Source of the DNA: Candidatus Sericytochromatia bacterium
GTDB taxonomy: Bacteria > Cyanobacteriota > Sericytochromatia > UBA7694
DNA: 64,000 nucleotides
Direction of reading: 5' to 3'
NCBI GenBank assembly: GCA_018780035.1
Contig: JADMKE010000047.1
Coordinates: 7,823 to 71,822, forward strand
Shown here: one piece after another, positions 36,897 through 46,574 of the stretch
How the letters are laid out: each line of letters begins with the position of its first letter
Position numbering within the stretch: the stretch's first letter is position 1
The notes under the pieces: generated by a model
Databases searched by the model: none
What the model saw: only the letters and a program-made list of their open reading frames with translations
What the model was told of the DNA's origin: nothing
Program-made: the position numbers and the translations under genes

Positions 36897-38411
36897 ATGG
36901 AAACCATACTGATTATCGAAGACGATCCAGATATTCAGGTCTTGTTGAAGACCTATCTGCGCAAAGCCAATTACCAGGTGAGCTTTGCTCCGACACTTGC
37001 GCTGGGGGTTGAACGCATGACTCAGCTCTCACCGGCGCTGGTTTTGTTGGATATCCATTTGCCCGATGGCAATGGACTCGATCTATTGCCCCAGCTTGCT
37101 GCAGATTCCACTCCCGTGGTCATGTTGACCGCTGAGAGCAGTAGCCTGGAGCAGGCTTTCGCCCTGGGAGCGGTTGACTATCTGCAAAAACCGGTCGTGA
37201 AAGGTGAGCTTTTGGCGCGGGTCAACCGGATTATTGCCAACCGCCGTTTGCATCAAGAGCAAGACAAATTATTGTTGGAATTGCAGGCCGATTTGGCCTT
37301 GGCCACCCAGGTGCAACAATTGAGTCTGCCTCACATCACTTCCCCTGATGCGCCCCTGGCGGTGGAGTGGATCTACCGCCCCTTAACCACCATCAGTGGC
37401 GATCTCTTGGCGGTATCTGCCCCCACTGAGCACAGTCGCTACTTTTGTCTGGGAGATGTCTCTGGCCATGGCATGGCTGCGGCTTTGGTGATGATGGCCC
37501 TGCGCAGCGCGTTTGATAGCTTGGTCAAAATGGCCCCCCGGGCCCCTTGGGAAATGATGCGCGATCTTTCCGAACGGATGAAAAACCTGCTCGATCGCCA
37601 TTATATAACCCTGGTGATTGGGCACCTGGATCTCGAATCGGGTTATCTCCAGATCTGCAATGCCGGACATCCTCCGGTTTTGCTGCGCAGAGCAGGACAA
37701 ATCCTGACCTTACAGGGCAAAACGGGGATGCCGATGGGTATTCAAGCGCCTGAACAGCTGGGCCCTGAGTATGATTTTCACACCCCATTAATGCCTGGAG
37801 ATGAACTCTTGCTTTGCAGTGACGGTCTGTTTGAAATGGGCCAATACAAAACAAAACAAGGTTTTGAGGCTTTGCAAACCTGTTTTGCCAACTGCCAAAG
37901 CCCCAGCTTAAGCGACACGGCTCAACAACTGGTTTCTGGCTTGCAGGCCGAGCAGCTGCCCAGTGACGATCTCAGTCTCTTAATCCTCAAATTACAAACC
38001 CTGACATTTAAAGTCAAAACCGCCGTAAACGCAGAGGCCATGGAAATGGCCGGTGAAGATCTCAAACTGTGGTTGCTGCAAATCAAATGCAACCAACGGA
38101 AAATCGAACAAATGAGCCTGATCTGGCTTGAATATTCAAACAATGTCTTGATTCACTCTCAAGCCAGTCAATTGGAGTTGGAAGCCCGTTTTGACCCCAC
38201 GGGCTTGACTCTGGTGTTTCGCGACAATGGCCAGGCCTGGGCCGTTGATTCAGACTTGGGTTTGCCAGATCCCCTGGCTGAATCTGGCAGGGGTCTTTGG
38301 CTGATTCAGCAGCTCAGCCAAGGGTTTCAACTCACGCGCAAAAATAATTTAAACCACCTTGAACTGACCTGTACACAACTCACTCAAATGGAGACCTTTA
38401 CCGATGTTTGA
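36897..38411 (+). CDS. REC - PP2C (SpoIIE-type) phosphatase - RsbW/SpoIIAB-like kinase fusion
   Basis: REC segment ILIIEDD...LVLLDIHLPDGNG. PP2C segment ISGDLLAV...CLGDVSGHGMAAALVM...CSDGLFE. C-terminal HATPase-like segment EYSNNVLIHS...FRDNG...GRGLWLIQQL. Confidence 0.8.
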   Translation: METILIIEDDPDIQVLLKTYLRKANYQVSFAPTLALGVERMTQLSPALVLLDIHLPDGNGLDLLPQLAADSTPVVMLTAESSSLEQAFALGAVDYLQKPVVKGELLARVNRIIANRRLHQEQDKLLLELQADLALATQVQQLSLPHITSPDAPLAVEWIYRPLTTISGDLLAVSAPTEHSRYFCLGDVSGHGMAAALVMMALRSAFDSLVKMAPRAPWEMMRDLSERMKNLLDRHYITLVIGHLDLESGYLQICNAGHPPVLLRRAGQILTLQGKTGMPMGIQAPEQLGPEYDFHTPLMPGDELLLCSDGLFEMGQYKTKQGFEALQTCFANCQSPSLSDTAQQLVSGLQAEQLPSDDLSLLILKLQTLTFKVKTAVNAEAMEMAGEDLKLWLLQIKCNQRKIEQMSLIWLEYSNNVLIHSQASQLELEARFDPTGLTLVFRDNGQAWAVDSDLGLPDPLAESGRGLWLIQQLSQGFQLTRKNNLNHLELTCTQLTQMETFTDV

Positions 38412-39657
38412 AAATTTAGTCATTCCACAAATTGTCCGTCGTTTTGACTTTGAAGAGTGGGGAGGCACCGAGTCTGTGGTCTGGGAGAGTTCTAAGAAAC
38501 TCAAAAGCTGGGGCGTTCAGCCCGAGATTCTCAGCACCCAGGCCTTGAACCCAACTGCCACAGAAGAGCGCGAAGGACTTCAGATCCAGCGTTTTGATTA
38601 CCACTATCCCTATTGGGGACTGACCGAGCAAAACCGACGCCAACTCGACAAAAAAGGTGGAAACCCCTTTGTTCCTGCCATGGAGAAGTATCTATTGGAC
38701 CTGCCTGGCTTGGATCTGCTGCACAGCCACGGAATGCAACGGATTGCAGGTTTGGTTCGGCGGGTCGCCCAAAAACGCAAGATTCCCTATGTGGTCTCGT
38801 TTCATGGGGGCAATCTGGAATTGCCAAGCTCAGAAATTGAACAAATGTGCTCCCCTGTCAAAGGCAGCTTTCATTTTGGCCGCATCTTTGATCCCTGGTA
38901 TGGCACAGACAAGGCTTTGGCAGAGGCCGATGCCTTGATTTGTGTGGGTTATAGCGAGTATCTCAAGACCCAAGCGGCTTACCCGAATCAACGGGTGGTG
39001 TACTTGCCCAATGGCGTAGAACCTGCGCGTTTTGAACAGGCACAGGGCAACCGTTTTAAACAGCAGTATGGTATTCCCCCCGAGTTGCGCCTATTGCTCT
39101 GTGTGGGCAGGATTGATCCTCAAAAGAACCAAGCCGTTTTACTCGAATTATTGCCTGAATTACCAGAAAATACAGGCCTGGTGTTAATTGGGCCTCCCAC
39201 CGATCCAGGGTATCAGGCAGAACTTGAAGAAACCATCCGTGCCAGGGGCCTTTCTCAGCGGGTGTGGCTGATTCCGGGTTTGAATGCCGATGATCCCCTT
39301 TTGGCTGATGCCTATGACGCAACCGAGATCTTTGTCCTGCCTTCGCGCCATGAACCCTTTGGCATTGTCGTCCTCGAAGCCTGGATGCGGCGCAAACCCG
39401 TTTTGGTCGCTGATCTGGGGGGCTTACAGCATTTGGTCAACGATGGGGTTACAGGGCTGCGGTTTGGGAATACCCGTGAGCTGGTTCAATCGGCCAAGGT
39501 ATTATTGCAAGAGCCCGCGTTTGCCCACTTATTGGGTGAAGCTGGCTATCACGAAGCCCTTTTAAATTATAGCTGGGAGACCGTTGCCCATCGGCTTTAT
39601 AGCTTGTACCTCGAATTGGTGCAAGAAAATTCCCACAGCAAAAGAAGGATCCCCTGA
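38404..39657 (+). CDS. GT4 glycosyltransferase
   Basis: C-terminal EPFGIVVLEAWMRRKPVLVADLGGLQHLVNDGVTG (E-x7-E region). It overlaps the upstream gene by 8 nt. Confidence 0.85.
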   Translation: MFENLVIPQIVRRFDFEEWGGTESVVWESSKKLKSWGVQPEILSTQALNPTATEEREGLQIQRFDYHYPYWGLTEQNRRQLDKKGGNPFVPAMEKYLLDLPGLDLLHSHGMQRIAGLVRRVAQKRKIPYVVSFHGGNLELPSSEIEQMCSPVKGSFHFGRIFDPWYGTDKALAEADALICVGYSEYLKTQAAYPNQRVVYLPNGVEPARFEQAQGNRFKQQYGIPPELRLLLCVGRIDPQKNQAVLLELLPELPENTGLVLIGPPTDPGYQAELEETIRARGLSQRVWLIPGLNADDPLLADAYDATEIFVLPSRHEPFGIVVLEAWMRRKPVLVADLGGLQHLVNDGVTGLRFGNTRELVQSAKVLLQEPAFAHLLGEAGYHEALLNYSWETVAHRLYSLYLELVQENSHSKRRIP

Positions 39658-39709
39658 CAGTTTATTTCCCTGCTCTTTGTCAAAATAAAAGTAGGAGGAA
39701 TTTTAACTT

Positions 39710-40426
39710 ATGTTTATTCAAACCCAGGCTCAGGTTCAGCTGATTAAGAATTATCAAAAACGGCTAAAATGGCAACGCCGATCTCGGCTGTGGTTGCCCC
39801 TGCAAAATCGTTTTATTTTGCGTCTCGCTGCGGGACTTAAACGCAGTTTCGACATCTTGGGTTCTGCGGCGGCACTCCTGGCGCTTTCGCCCCTTTTTGC
39901 AGCCACTGCGCTGGCGATCAAGTGGGAAGATCGGGGCCCGGTCTTCTTTGCCCAAGATCGGGTGGGGCAATACGGCGAGACCTTTCGCTTTTATAAGTTT
40001 CGCTCGATGGTGCTGAATGCCGAAGCGCTGAAAGACAGCTTGGCCCATCTCAATGAGTCAGGTGATGGGGTGATTTTTAAAGCCCGTCAAGACCCCAGAA
40101 TTACATCGGTGGGTCGTTTTATTCGCCGCTTTAGCATTGATGAATTGCCCCAACTCTGGAATGTCTTAAAAGGGGATATGAGTCTGGTCGGACCCCGCCC
40201 CCCGGTTCCCCGCGAAGTGGCAGATTATACCCCCGAAGACCGCAAACGTTTGCATGTCAGACCCGGTCTGACCTGTATTTGGCAGGTCAGTGGACGCAGT
40301 GAGATTCCCTTTCGCATGCAGGTGCAAATGGACCAGGAATATATACTCAAACGCAGTCTCAAGTTGGATCTGTCCCTTTTATTCAAAACGGTGAAAGCGG
40401 TGCTCAGTGGCCGCGGCGCATATTAA
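39710..40426 (+). CDS. undecaprenyl-phosphate sugar-1-phosphate transferase (bacterial sugar transferase family, short form)
   Basis: KRSFDILGSAAALLALSPLF, GPVFFAQDRVGQYGETFRFYKFRSM and DELPQLWNVLKGDMSLVGPRP. AGGAGG lies upstream. Confidence 0.9.
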   Translation: MFIQTQAQVQLIKNYQKRLKWQRRSRLWLPLQNRFILRLAAGLKRSFDILGSAAALLALSPLFAATALAIKWEDRGPVFFAQDRVGQYGETFRFYKFRSMVLNAEALKDSLAHLNESGDGVIFKARQDPRITSVGRFIRRFSIDELPQLWNVLKGDMSLVGPRPPVPREVADYTPEDRKRLHVRPGLTCIWQVSGRSEIPFRMQVQMDQEYILKRSLKLDLSLLFKTVKAVLSGRGAY

Positions 40427-40437
40427 AGGAGAAACCT

Positions 40438-41652
40438 ATGAAAATTCTGTATTTAACCCCTTTTTTGCCCTATCCCCTCAATCGCGGGACCCATCAACGG
40501 GTTTATCACCTGCTCAAAAGCCTCGCATCGGCCCACCAGGTAACGCTTTTTTCGCTTGATCCAGACAATCAAGCTGCAGCCCATCAGGGTGTGTTTGAAG
40601 CGCTCTGTGAGCGGGTCATTCGCAGGCCGGTTACACTCAACCCCTGGCGAAATTTGTCCCAACGGCTGTTTTCACCCCAGCCCGAAACCATGTTCCATTG
40701 GGATTTGCCGGCTATTCGTCAAGAGTTGGGTGAGATACTGAATTCAGAAGACTTTGACCTGATTTTTGCTGAAGATATTTGTATGACTCAGTACATCTAC
40801 GACCTCATGCCTGCCGGGGCAAAACAGATCCCTGTCATTACCGATCGCAATCGTGTGGATTTGGAGTTTATGCAAGAGAGTTGGCCCTATTTAAAAGGGC
40901 TGAGATCCCGTGCCAATTTTGCAGAAAACTACCTCAAACTCGAACGACTTGAACGCCGCCTGGCGAAACGATTTCCCAACCAAGTCGTGTGTTCACCCGA
41001 AGATGCTGATTTTGTCAAACAGCAATTGGATATCAACCCTTGGATCATCGGCAATGGCGTCGATCACCATTATTTCAAGCCCCAAAGCTGGTCCCGTGAA
41101 GGGGATGTGCCCGTGCTCTGTTTTACAGGGGCCATGGACTACGCCCCCAATGCCGAAGGCATTACCTGGTTTATGCAAGAAGTCCACCCGCTTTTGCTCA
41201 AAAAAATCGGGAAGTTTAAATTGCGGATCGTGGGACTCAACCCCGGACCTGAGATTCGGGCTTTTGAAGCTGTTGAGGGGGTTGAAGTGACGGGCGGTGT
41301 TCCGGATATTCGCCCCGCTTATGCTGCCTGTGATGTTTATATTGCCCCGATTCGCATCGGCGGTGGCACCCGGCTCAAAATCATCGAAGCCATGGCAATG
41401 GGCAAACCAGTGGTATCCACCCCCACAGGGGCGCAAGGCCTGGGTTTGACAGAAGGCCTGCAAGTGCGCTACGCCGAAAAATCCGTGGCTTTTGCCGCCC
41501 AGATTGGCGATCTCTTGGCCCATCCGGGAGTACGTGAAAGAATGGCCCAAGCAGGCATGAAGCACATCCTCAAACACTTTACCTGGGAGAGTTTGGGACA
41601 AAAATTAGTGCTAAGAGTAGAACAAGCAATGACTTTGGCCAAGGTGGCATAA
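40438..41652 (+). CDS. GT4 glycosyltransferase
   Basis: N-terminal MKILYLTPFLPYPLNRGTHQRVYHLL. The C-terminal GT1-type domain includes RLKIIEAMAMGKPVVSTPTGAQG. Confidence 0.85.
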   Translation: MKILYLTPFLPYPLNRGTHQRVYHLLKSLASAHQVTLFSLDPDNQAAAHQGVFEALCERVIRRPVTLNPWRNLSQRLFSPQPETMFHWDLPAIRQELGEILNSEDFDLIFAEDICMTQYIYDLMPAGAKQIPVITDRNRVDLEFMQESWPYLKGLRSRANFAENYLKLERLERRLAKRFPNQVVCSPEDADFVKQQLDINPWIIGNGVDHHYFKPQSWSREGDVPVLCFTGAMDYAPNAEGITWFMQEVHPLLLKKIGKFKLRIVGLNPGPEIRAFEAVEGVEVTGGVPDIRPAYAACDVYIAPIRIGGGTRLKIIEAMAMGKPVVSTPTGAQGLGLTEGLQVRYAEKSVAFAAQIGDLLAHPGVRERMAQAGMKHILKHFTWESLGQKLVLRVEQAMTLAKVA

Positions 41653-41787
41653 ATTGTTTGTGATACGCCCATTGCAGCACTATTTAACTGTCTAACTTTA
41701 CTGGATTTATTGACTTTTTTCGTGTAAACTTCAACCCTGAGTTATCTAAAAAAGTTAAGTTAAAATGTGTGAGTCAGTTAAGTAAGT

Positions 41788-42398
41788 TTGACAAATGGGC
41801 GCAATATGTTTAGTTTAAAGAATCAAAAGCAGTTTTGTCTTCAACGGTTTGTCTATACGCGGCACATTTTGCAAGCCTTGGTTGATTTTCATGAAAGTGG
41901 AAAACTGCACCTGGCTTTAACACCCGCCCATATTTTAATCGATGGGGATTCGGTTCAAATTATTGCTGCCCTTGATTCTGAAAAATTACTCTATGATGCG
42001 CAGCGCTACGCAGCCCCTGAGTTACTCGTTCAAGTGGGAATGAGCGAACAGACAGATTTGTATGCCCTGGGGAGGATTCTGTTTGAGGCTTGGTCAGGGG
42101 TTTTGCCTGATGAGAAGGAGAACCCGCTGCCCAGTTTGACGCAATTTTTACCTGAATTGCCCCCTGGTTTGGACCGGTTTTTCCAAACTTTAATGGCCCC
42201 CCAGCTTCAAGACAGATATCCAAATGTAGAAAGCGATCTTTATGCTTTTTAGGCGTTTGAGGCTTATTTTTATCCTTTAGAGAGACGTTCTTTGTTATTG
42301 GGCGCAAACAGGAATTAAAGCAACTGAATAATTGGCTTGATGCCTCCAACCGTGGCATTTATTTTATTCAGGGCCAGCCTGGTGTCGGCAAATCTGCT
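41788..42398 (+). pseudogene. decayed 5' portion of a kinase-AAA-GAF-histidine-kinase gene: a degenerate protein-kinase C-lobe, an in-frame TAG, and a frameshift before the P-loop
   Basis: ORF 41788..42252 aligns to Ser/Thr kinase subdomains VIa-XI, with HRD replaced by LALTPAHIL and DFG replaced by AALDS. It has no N-lobe. The TAG is at 42250. The P-loop GQPGVGKSAL is encoded at 42372..42401 in the frame of the downstream ORF, upstream of any canonical start. Confidence 0.5.
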
Positions 42399-45300
42399 TT
42401 GCTCCAAGAAGTTTTATCTCAAAGAACTTATTTGAGTGGTAAATTTCAGCAGGCCATGAAATATACCCCCTCATATGCTGTTTTTATTGAGTCAATGCAG
42501 TCATTTTTGCGTTTTTTACTCAGTCTTTCTCTGTCTGAACGTTTGGTTTGGAAAGAAATTTTCCAAATTGAAATGGGCCTTTCCGCTCAAGTCCTTTTTG
42601 AAACCCTGCCTGAACTGGCTCTCATTTTAAATGAGACCAGCCAGACCCAGTTCAGTGGCAATTTGATCTTGGAAAATCCCTTTAACAGGGCTTTTGCCCA
42701 ATTATGGCAAGTGGTCAGTTCTCACCAACAGCTGATCGTCTGGTTAGATGATGTTCAATGGGCCGATGACAGTTCTTTGCATTTTTTCCGACAACTCTTC
42801 CCCTTAAATATCCTGTGGTTGATCAGCGGCAGAGAGATACAGCTCTTTCGGCAACAGAGTGAAAGTTCAGGGGATTTGAACGCTGAATTACTTGTGCTCA
42901 GTTCTTTCGAACCCCAATCCACCCATCTCTATTTGCAAGAAGCTTTGGGGGCCAGTTTTTCAGAAACAGAGTCTCTGTTGCCCGTTTTACAGGATTTAAC
43001 CCTAGGCAATCCGCTTTATCTTAAAGTGAGTTTGGAAGATTTTAAACGCCGAAAATTATTGACCTTTCAACCTGAACTTGGGGTTTGGAGCTTGAATTGG
43101 TCTGGTGAAAGGACCCAAAACAGTTTCTCAGAACAGATTTTACAAGACATGATTGGGCGCCAAGTGGCCGCTTTTTCTGAGCTTGAAAGGGCATTATTGG
43201 GGATCGCAGCTTGTTTGGGAGCCCGTTTTGCATATCTGGCACTCAAAACCTGTTTTTTGCAAATGCTGACAAATAGCTCTGTCACAGATTTGAAACAGGC
43301 GTTGTCTACCTGTGTGCGTGCAGGTTTTTTGCATCTCGATCAACCTGGCTTTTACCGTTTTGCCCATGATCGCCTGCACGAATGGATTCATTTGAGCTTT
43401 TCAGCCGAAGAAAGCACCCAATTTCGTTTAAAAACAGGCCGCGTGCTTTTGAATTTAAAAGGTCCACACTCATTGACGGGCTTGGCCGAAACCTTAAACC
43501 CTGTATATCAATCCCTTGATCCAGAAGAATTGACTTTGTTAATCGATGCCAATTTGGAATTGAGTGATCAGGCCTTAAAAAAAGGGGCCCAGGCAGAAGC
43601 GTTGGCGTTTTTAAGTGCTGTCCAATTGATGGCCTCAGAACAGCCTTTCAGTCCTGAACAAGAAATTAAAACTCTGGCCTTGATGGCTTTTTTGGATTAT
43701 CTCAAAGCAGATTTAAGCAATTCAGAACGCAAGCTCAAAAGTCTATTAAACAAATTCCCCGATGCCAATTTAACCGATGTCTATGTGCTGCTGGTGATCC
43801 TCTACACCCAGCAGAATCGCTATCAAGAAGCGGTTGAATTTACGGTGACGATCTTAAACCAAGCCGGGTTAGCGATTTCCCAGGAACCGGCCCAAATCGA
43901 AGCCCTGTTTTCAGGCTGTATTCAAACACTCAGCCGGTCGGTGCCCTCAGATCTATTGGATTTGAGTCTGCGCCCATCGAGCCCGGCTTTTGCAGATATC
44001 TTGCGTTTATTTGCTACATCGACCGCTGCTTTTTACAATTATCAACCTGAATTATTTGGGCTCTATGTTTTGTATTTCCTCGACCAAATTTTGCACCATC
44101 AGGGCGCGCCACAGTCCGGGATTATTTATGCTGCCAGTATTATTCTGGTAATGGCCCAAACAGACTTGGTATCTGTGGCCTGTTTGTTAGCCGATGGAGG
44201 CCTTTTAACGGCCCAGAGCTGGGGTCATTTGGATGAGTTGGCGGTTTTACATTGCGTGATTGGCGATTTTTTGGCCCCTTGGCACCAGGCCTATCGGCAG
44301 GCCTGTTCACATTTTGAAAGTTCCTGGCGGGCAGGATTACAGTCGGGGAATTTGCAATTTGCGGGTTATTCTCGCGTGTTTAAAGGGGCAAATCTGTTTT
44401 TATCAGGGTTTTCCCTTGAAGACTTCCAAACCAAAGAACTTCCTGCCATGTTGGCTTTTAATGCAACCATCCAAAATTTTTCTCCATTGGATGGCTTAAC
44501 TGGATATGCCTTACTTTTACATGCCCTGCGGCAAGAAGCTGAATGTTTTGACCTGCCGAATCAAACGGAGGCCGATTATATTGCGCTGATTCGGGGTCGG
44601 GGAAGTCAAGCGGATTTGTCCAGGTATTTTTCGTTTAAAGCATTTGTGCTCTTGCTTTATGGTCAGATTGAAACTGCGGCAGAAAACTATCGTCAAGCTG
44701 ACAATCTGCGCTATTTACAGGGTTCAGTGGTCAATGTCTTACATCTGTTTACGGGCTTAATTCTGGCTTTGCGCCGGGGTGAAAGTTTAGACACAGACGC
44801 CCATGCGGCTTCATTGCAAAAACTCAATCAATTGGCAGAGCGCTGCCCCGAAAACTTTGGCCCACTCATGGCTTTGGTGATTGCAGAAGATCCCGCTCAG
44901 GCCAATCAACCACGCATTGAAGCCTATGAAAGGGCTGTGACCCTTGCCAGGCAAGAAAAACTCAGCCATATCGAGGCCTTTGCCCTGGAATCTGAGTCCC
45001 GTTTTTGGCAACTTCAGGCTTTGCCCCGTTTGGCCGAACGGGCACTTTTTGAATCTGCTTTGGCGTATCAAAGCTGGGGAGCGACTGAAAAAGTCAATCA
45101 ATTATTGTTGCAATTTCCGCAACGATTAAAATTGCAGTACGAACAACATGTGCAACTTCCACATGCCGATTTGGATTTGGATCTTTTGATGCAAATTTCT
45201 GCTCTCTTTGCCCAGACCACCAAACAAGAAGAACTCTTGGCTGCGATTATGACGATCTTACAGACCCAAACAAAAGCCGAAAAAATGGCTTTGTTTATTG

Positions 45301-46439
45301 CCCCCGAAACAGCCACAGAAGTCACGGAGTGGACCTGTTTGGCCCATTTTGACCAAGGACAATTGCATTTGCAAGAGCGACCCCTCGATGCCGTTTGGCC
45401 CTTGGCTTTGATTCGCTATGTGGTTCAGACCTTGCGGATTGTGCGTTTGCCTCGGCATCTGGAGGAGTTGAATCAGATTCCTGAGGCCCGGAAACTCCAG
45501 GGTTCTCACTTTTTTCTGCCTTTGATTTTGCAAAACCGGCTGACGGGACTGATCTATCTTTGTTCAGAAAGCAATCCAGAGGCCTTTAATCTGCGCTCAG
45601 AACTTCTGCTCAAAGCCCTGGCTGGACATATTGCCAGCTCTTTGACCAATGCCCGAATGTATCACCAATTGGAAGCGACGATATTGGAGCGCACCCAGGA
45701 TTTACAGAAGGCCAATCACGGACTCACTCTTTTGCTGGAAGAGCGGCAACATGTGATTGCCATGGCGGCTCACGATCTTAAACACCCATTGGGCACCTTG
45801 ACCTTGGGGGTTTCTTTGCTCGAACAGATGCATGAACAATTAAGTCCTCAAGACCGGCAAGCGGCTTTTCTGAACTTAAAAAAGACCCTGTCTGACATGA
45901 ATGGCAATACCGAACGCTTGCTGCTGGCTGAAAGCTTGGATTTTGGCGGTCTTGAAGTGCATGTGCAACCCATCTCCCCCAAAGCTGATATTTTGCCCTG
46001 GTTCAGCCCTTATCAATTCCGGGCACAGGAAAAACAAATTGAATTCCAATTGTTTGGTTTTGAAACCCCTCAATGCATCTATACAGATCCGATTTTGTTT
46101 CGGCACATAGTTGAAAATCTCTGTTCAAATGCGCTCAATTTTTCACCCTTTAAGCGCAAGGTCAGGCTGTTCTTTGAGTGTTCGGCTGAGACCTTTGCCT
46201 TTGCTGTCGAAGACCAAGGGCCCGGTATTCCCGTGGATGAGCAGCCCAAATTATTTCAAAAATTTTCCAGATTAACGCCTCGGCCCACGGCTGGGGAAAG
46301 TTCTAGTGGATTGGGGCTGTTTATTGTCAAACAATTGGTGGAGATATTCCAGGGAAAGATTGTTGTTGATTCGGAGATTGGGCGGGGAACCCGGATCCAG
46401 GTACAGCTTCCCAATGCTCACAAGAACCTCACAATTTGA
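42399..46439 (+). CDS. large sensor histidine kinase (AAA/STAND-like ATPase region - helical repeats - GAF - HisKA - HATPase_c)
   Basis: Walker-B-like LIVWLDDVQWADDSSL, then a long helical region. The GAF-like segment is around LLMQISALFAQT...LPLILQNRLTGLIYL. H-box MAAHDLKHPLGTL; ATPase GLGLFIVKQLVE...GRGTRIQV. The frame is open from 42261. The start is uncertain. Confidence 0.75.
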   Translation: MLQEVLSQRTYLSGKFQQAMKYTPSYAVFIESMQSFLRFLLSLSLSERLVWKEIFQIEMGLSAQVLFETLPELALILNETSQTQFSGNLILENPFNRAFAQLWQVVSSHQQLIVWLDDVQWADDSSLHFFRQLFPLNILWLISGREIQLFRQQSESSGDLNAELLVLSSFEPQSTHLYLQEALGASFSETESLLPVLQDLTLGNPLYLKVSLEDFKRRKLLTFQPELGVWSLNWSGERTQNSFSEQILQDMIGRQVAAFSELERALLGIAACLGARFAYLALKTCFLQMLTNSSVTDLKQALSTCVRAGFLHLDQPGFYRFAHDRLHEWIHLSFSAEESTQFRLKTGRVLLNLKGPHSLTGLAETLNPVYQSLDPEELTLLIDANLELSDQALKKGAQAEALAFLSAVQLMASEQPFSPEQEIKTLALMAFLDYLKADLSNSERKLKSLLNKFPDANLTDVYVLLVILYTQQNRYQEAVEFTVTILNQAGLAISQEPAQIEALFSGCIQTLSRSVPSDLLDLSLRPSSPAFADILRLFATSTAAFYNYQPELFGLYVLYFLDQILHHQGAPQSGIIYAASIILVMAQTDLVSVACLLADGGLLTAQSWGHLDELAVLHCVIGDFLAPWHQAYRQACSHFESSWRAGLQSGNLQFAGYSRVFKGANLFLSGFSLEDFQTKELPAMLAFNATIQNFSPLDGLTGYALLLHALRQEAECFDLPNQTEADYIALIRGRGSQADLSRYFSFKAFVLLLYGQIETAAENYRQADNLRYLQGSVVNVLHLFTGLILALRRGESLDTDAHAASLQKLNQLAERCPENFGPLMALVIAEDPAQANQPRIEAYERAVTLARQEKLSHIEAFALESESRFWQLQALPRLAERALFESALAYQSWGATEKVNQLLLQFPQRLKLQYEQHVQLPHADLDLDLLMQISALFAQTTKQEELLAAIMTILQTQTKAEKMALFIAPETATEVTEWTCLAHFDQGQLHLQERPLDAVWPLALIRYVVQTLRIVRLPRHLEELNQIPEARKLQGSHFFLPLILQNRLTGLIYLCSESNPEAFNLRSELLLKALAGHIASSLTNARMYHQLEATILERTQDLQKANHGLTLLLEERQHVIAMAAHDLKHPLGTLTLGVSLLEQMHEQLSPQDRQAAFLNLKKTLSDMNGNTERLLLAESLDFGGLEVHVQPISPKADILPWFSPYQFRAQEKQIEFQLFGFETPQCIYTDPILFRHIVENLCSNALNFSPFKRKVRLFFECSAETFAFAVEDQGPGIPVDEQPKLFQKFSRLTPRPTAGESSSGLGLFIVKQLVEIFQGKIVVDSEIGRGTRIQVQLPNAHKNLTI

Positions 46440-46574
46440 GTTGATATTGAGGCTTTCAAGCCCCTCTACTCTTGAACTATGCCAAGTTCTGAATTAGCGT
46501 GATGATATTCGGACAATTGTGGTCTTTAATATTGCGGCCCTGAAATTTTATCAACTTGTTTTGAGGTACCTATT

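Noticed and set aside
40993-41601. 202-aa minus-strand ORF
   Set aside because: It is antisense to the GT4 gene 40438..41652, which has clear GT1-type C-terminal motifs.
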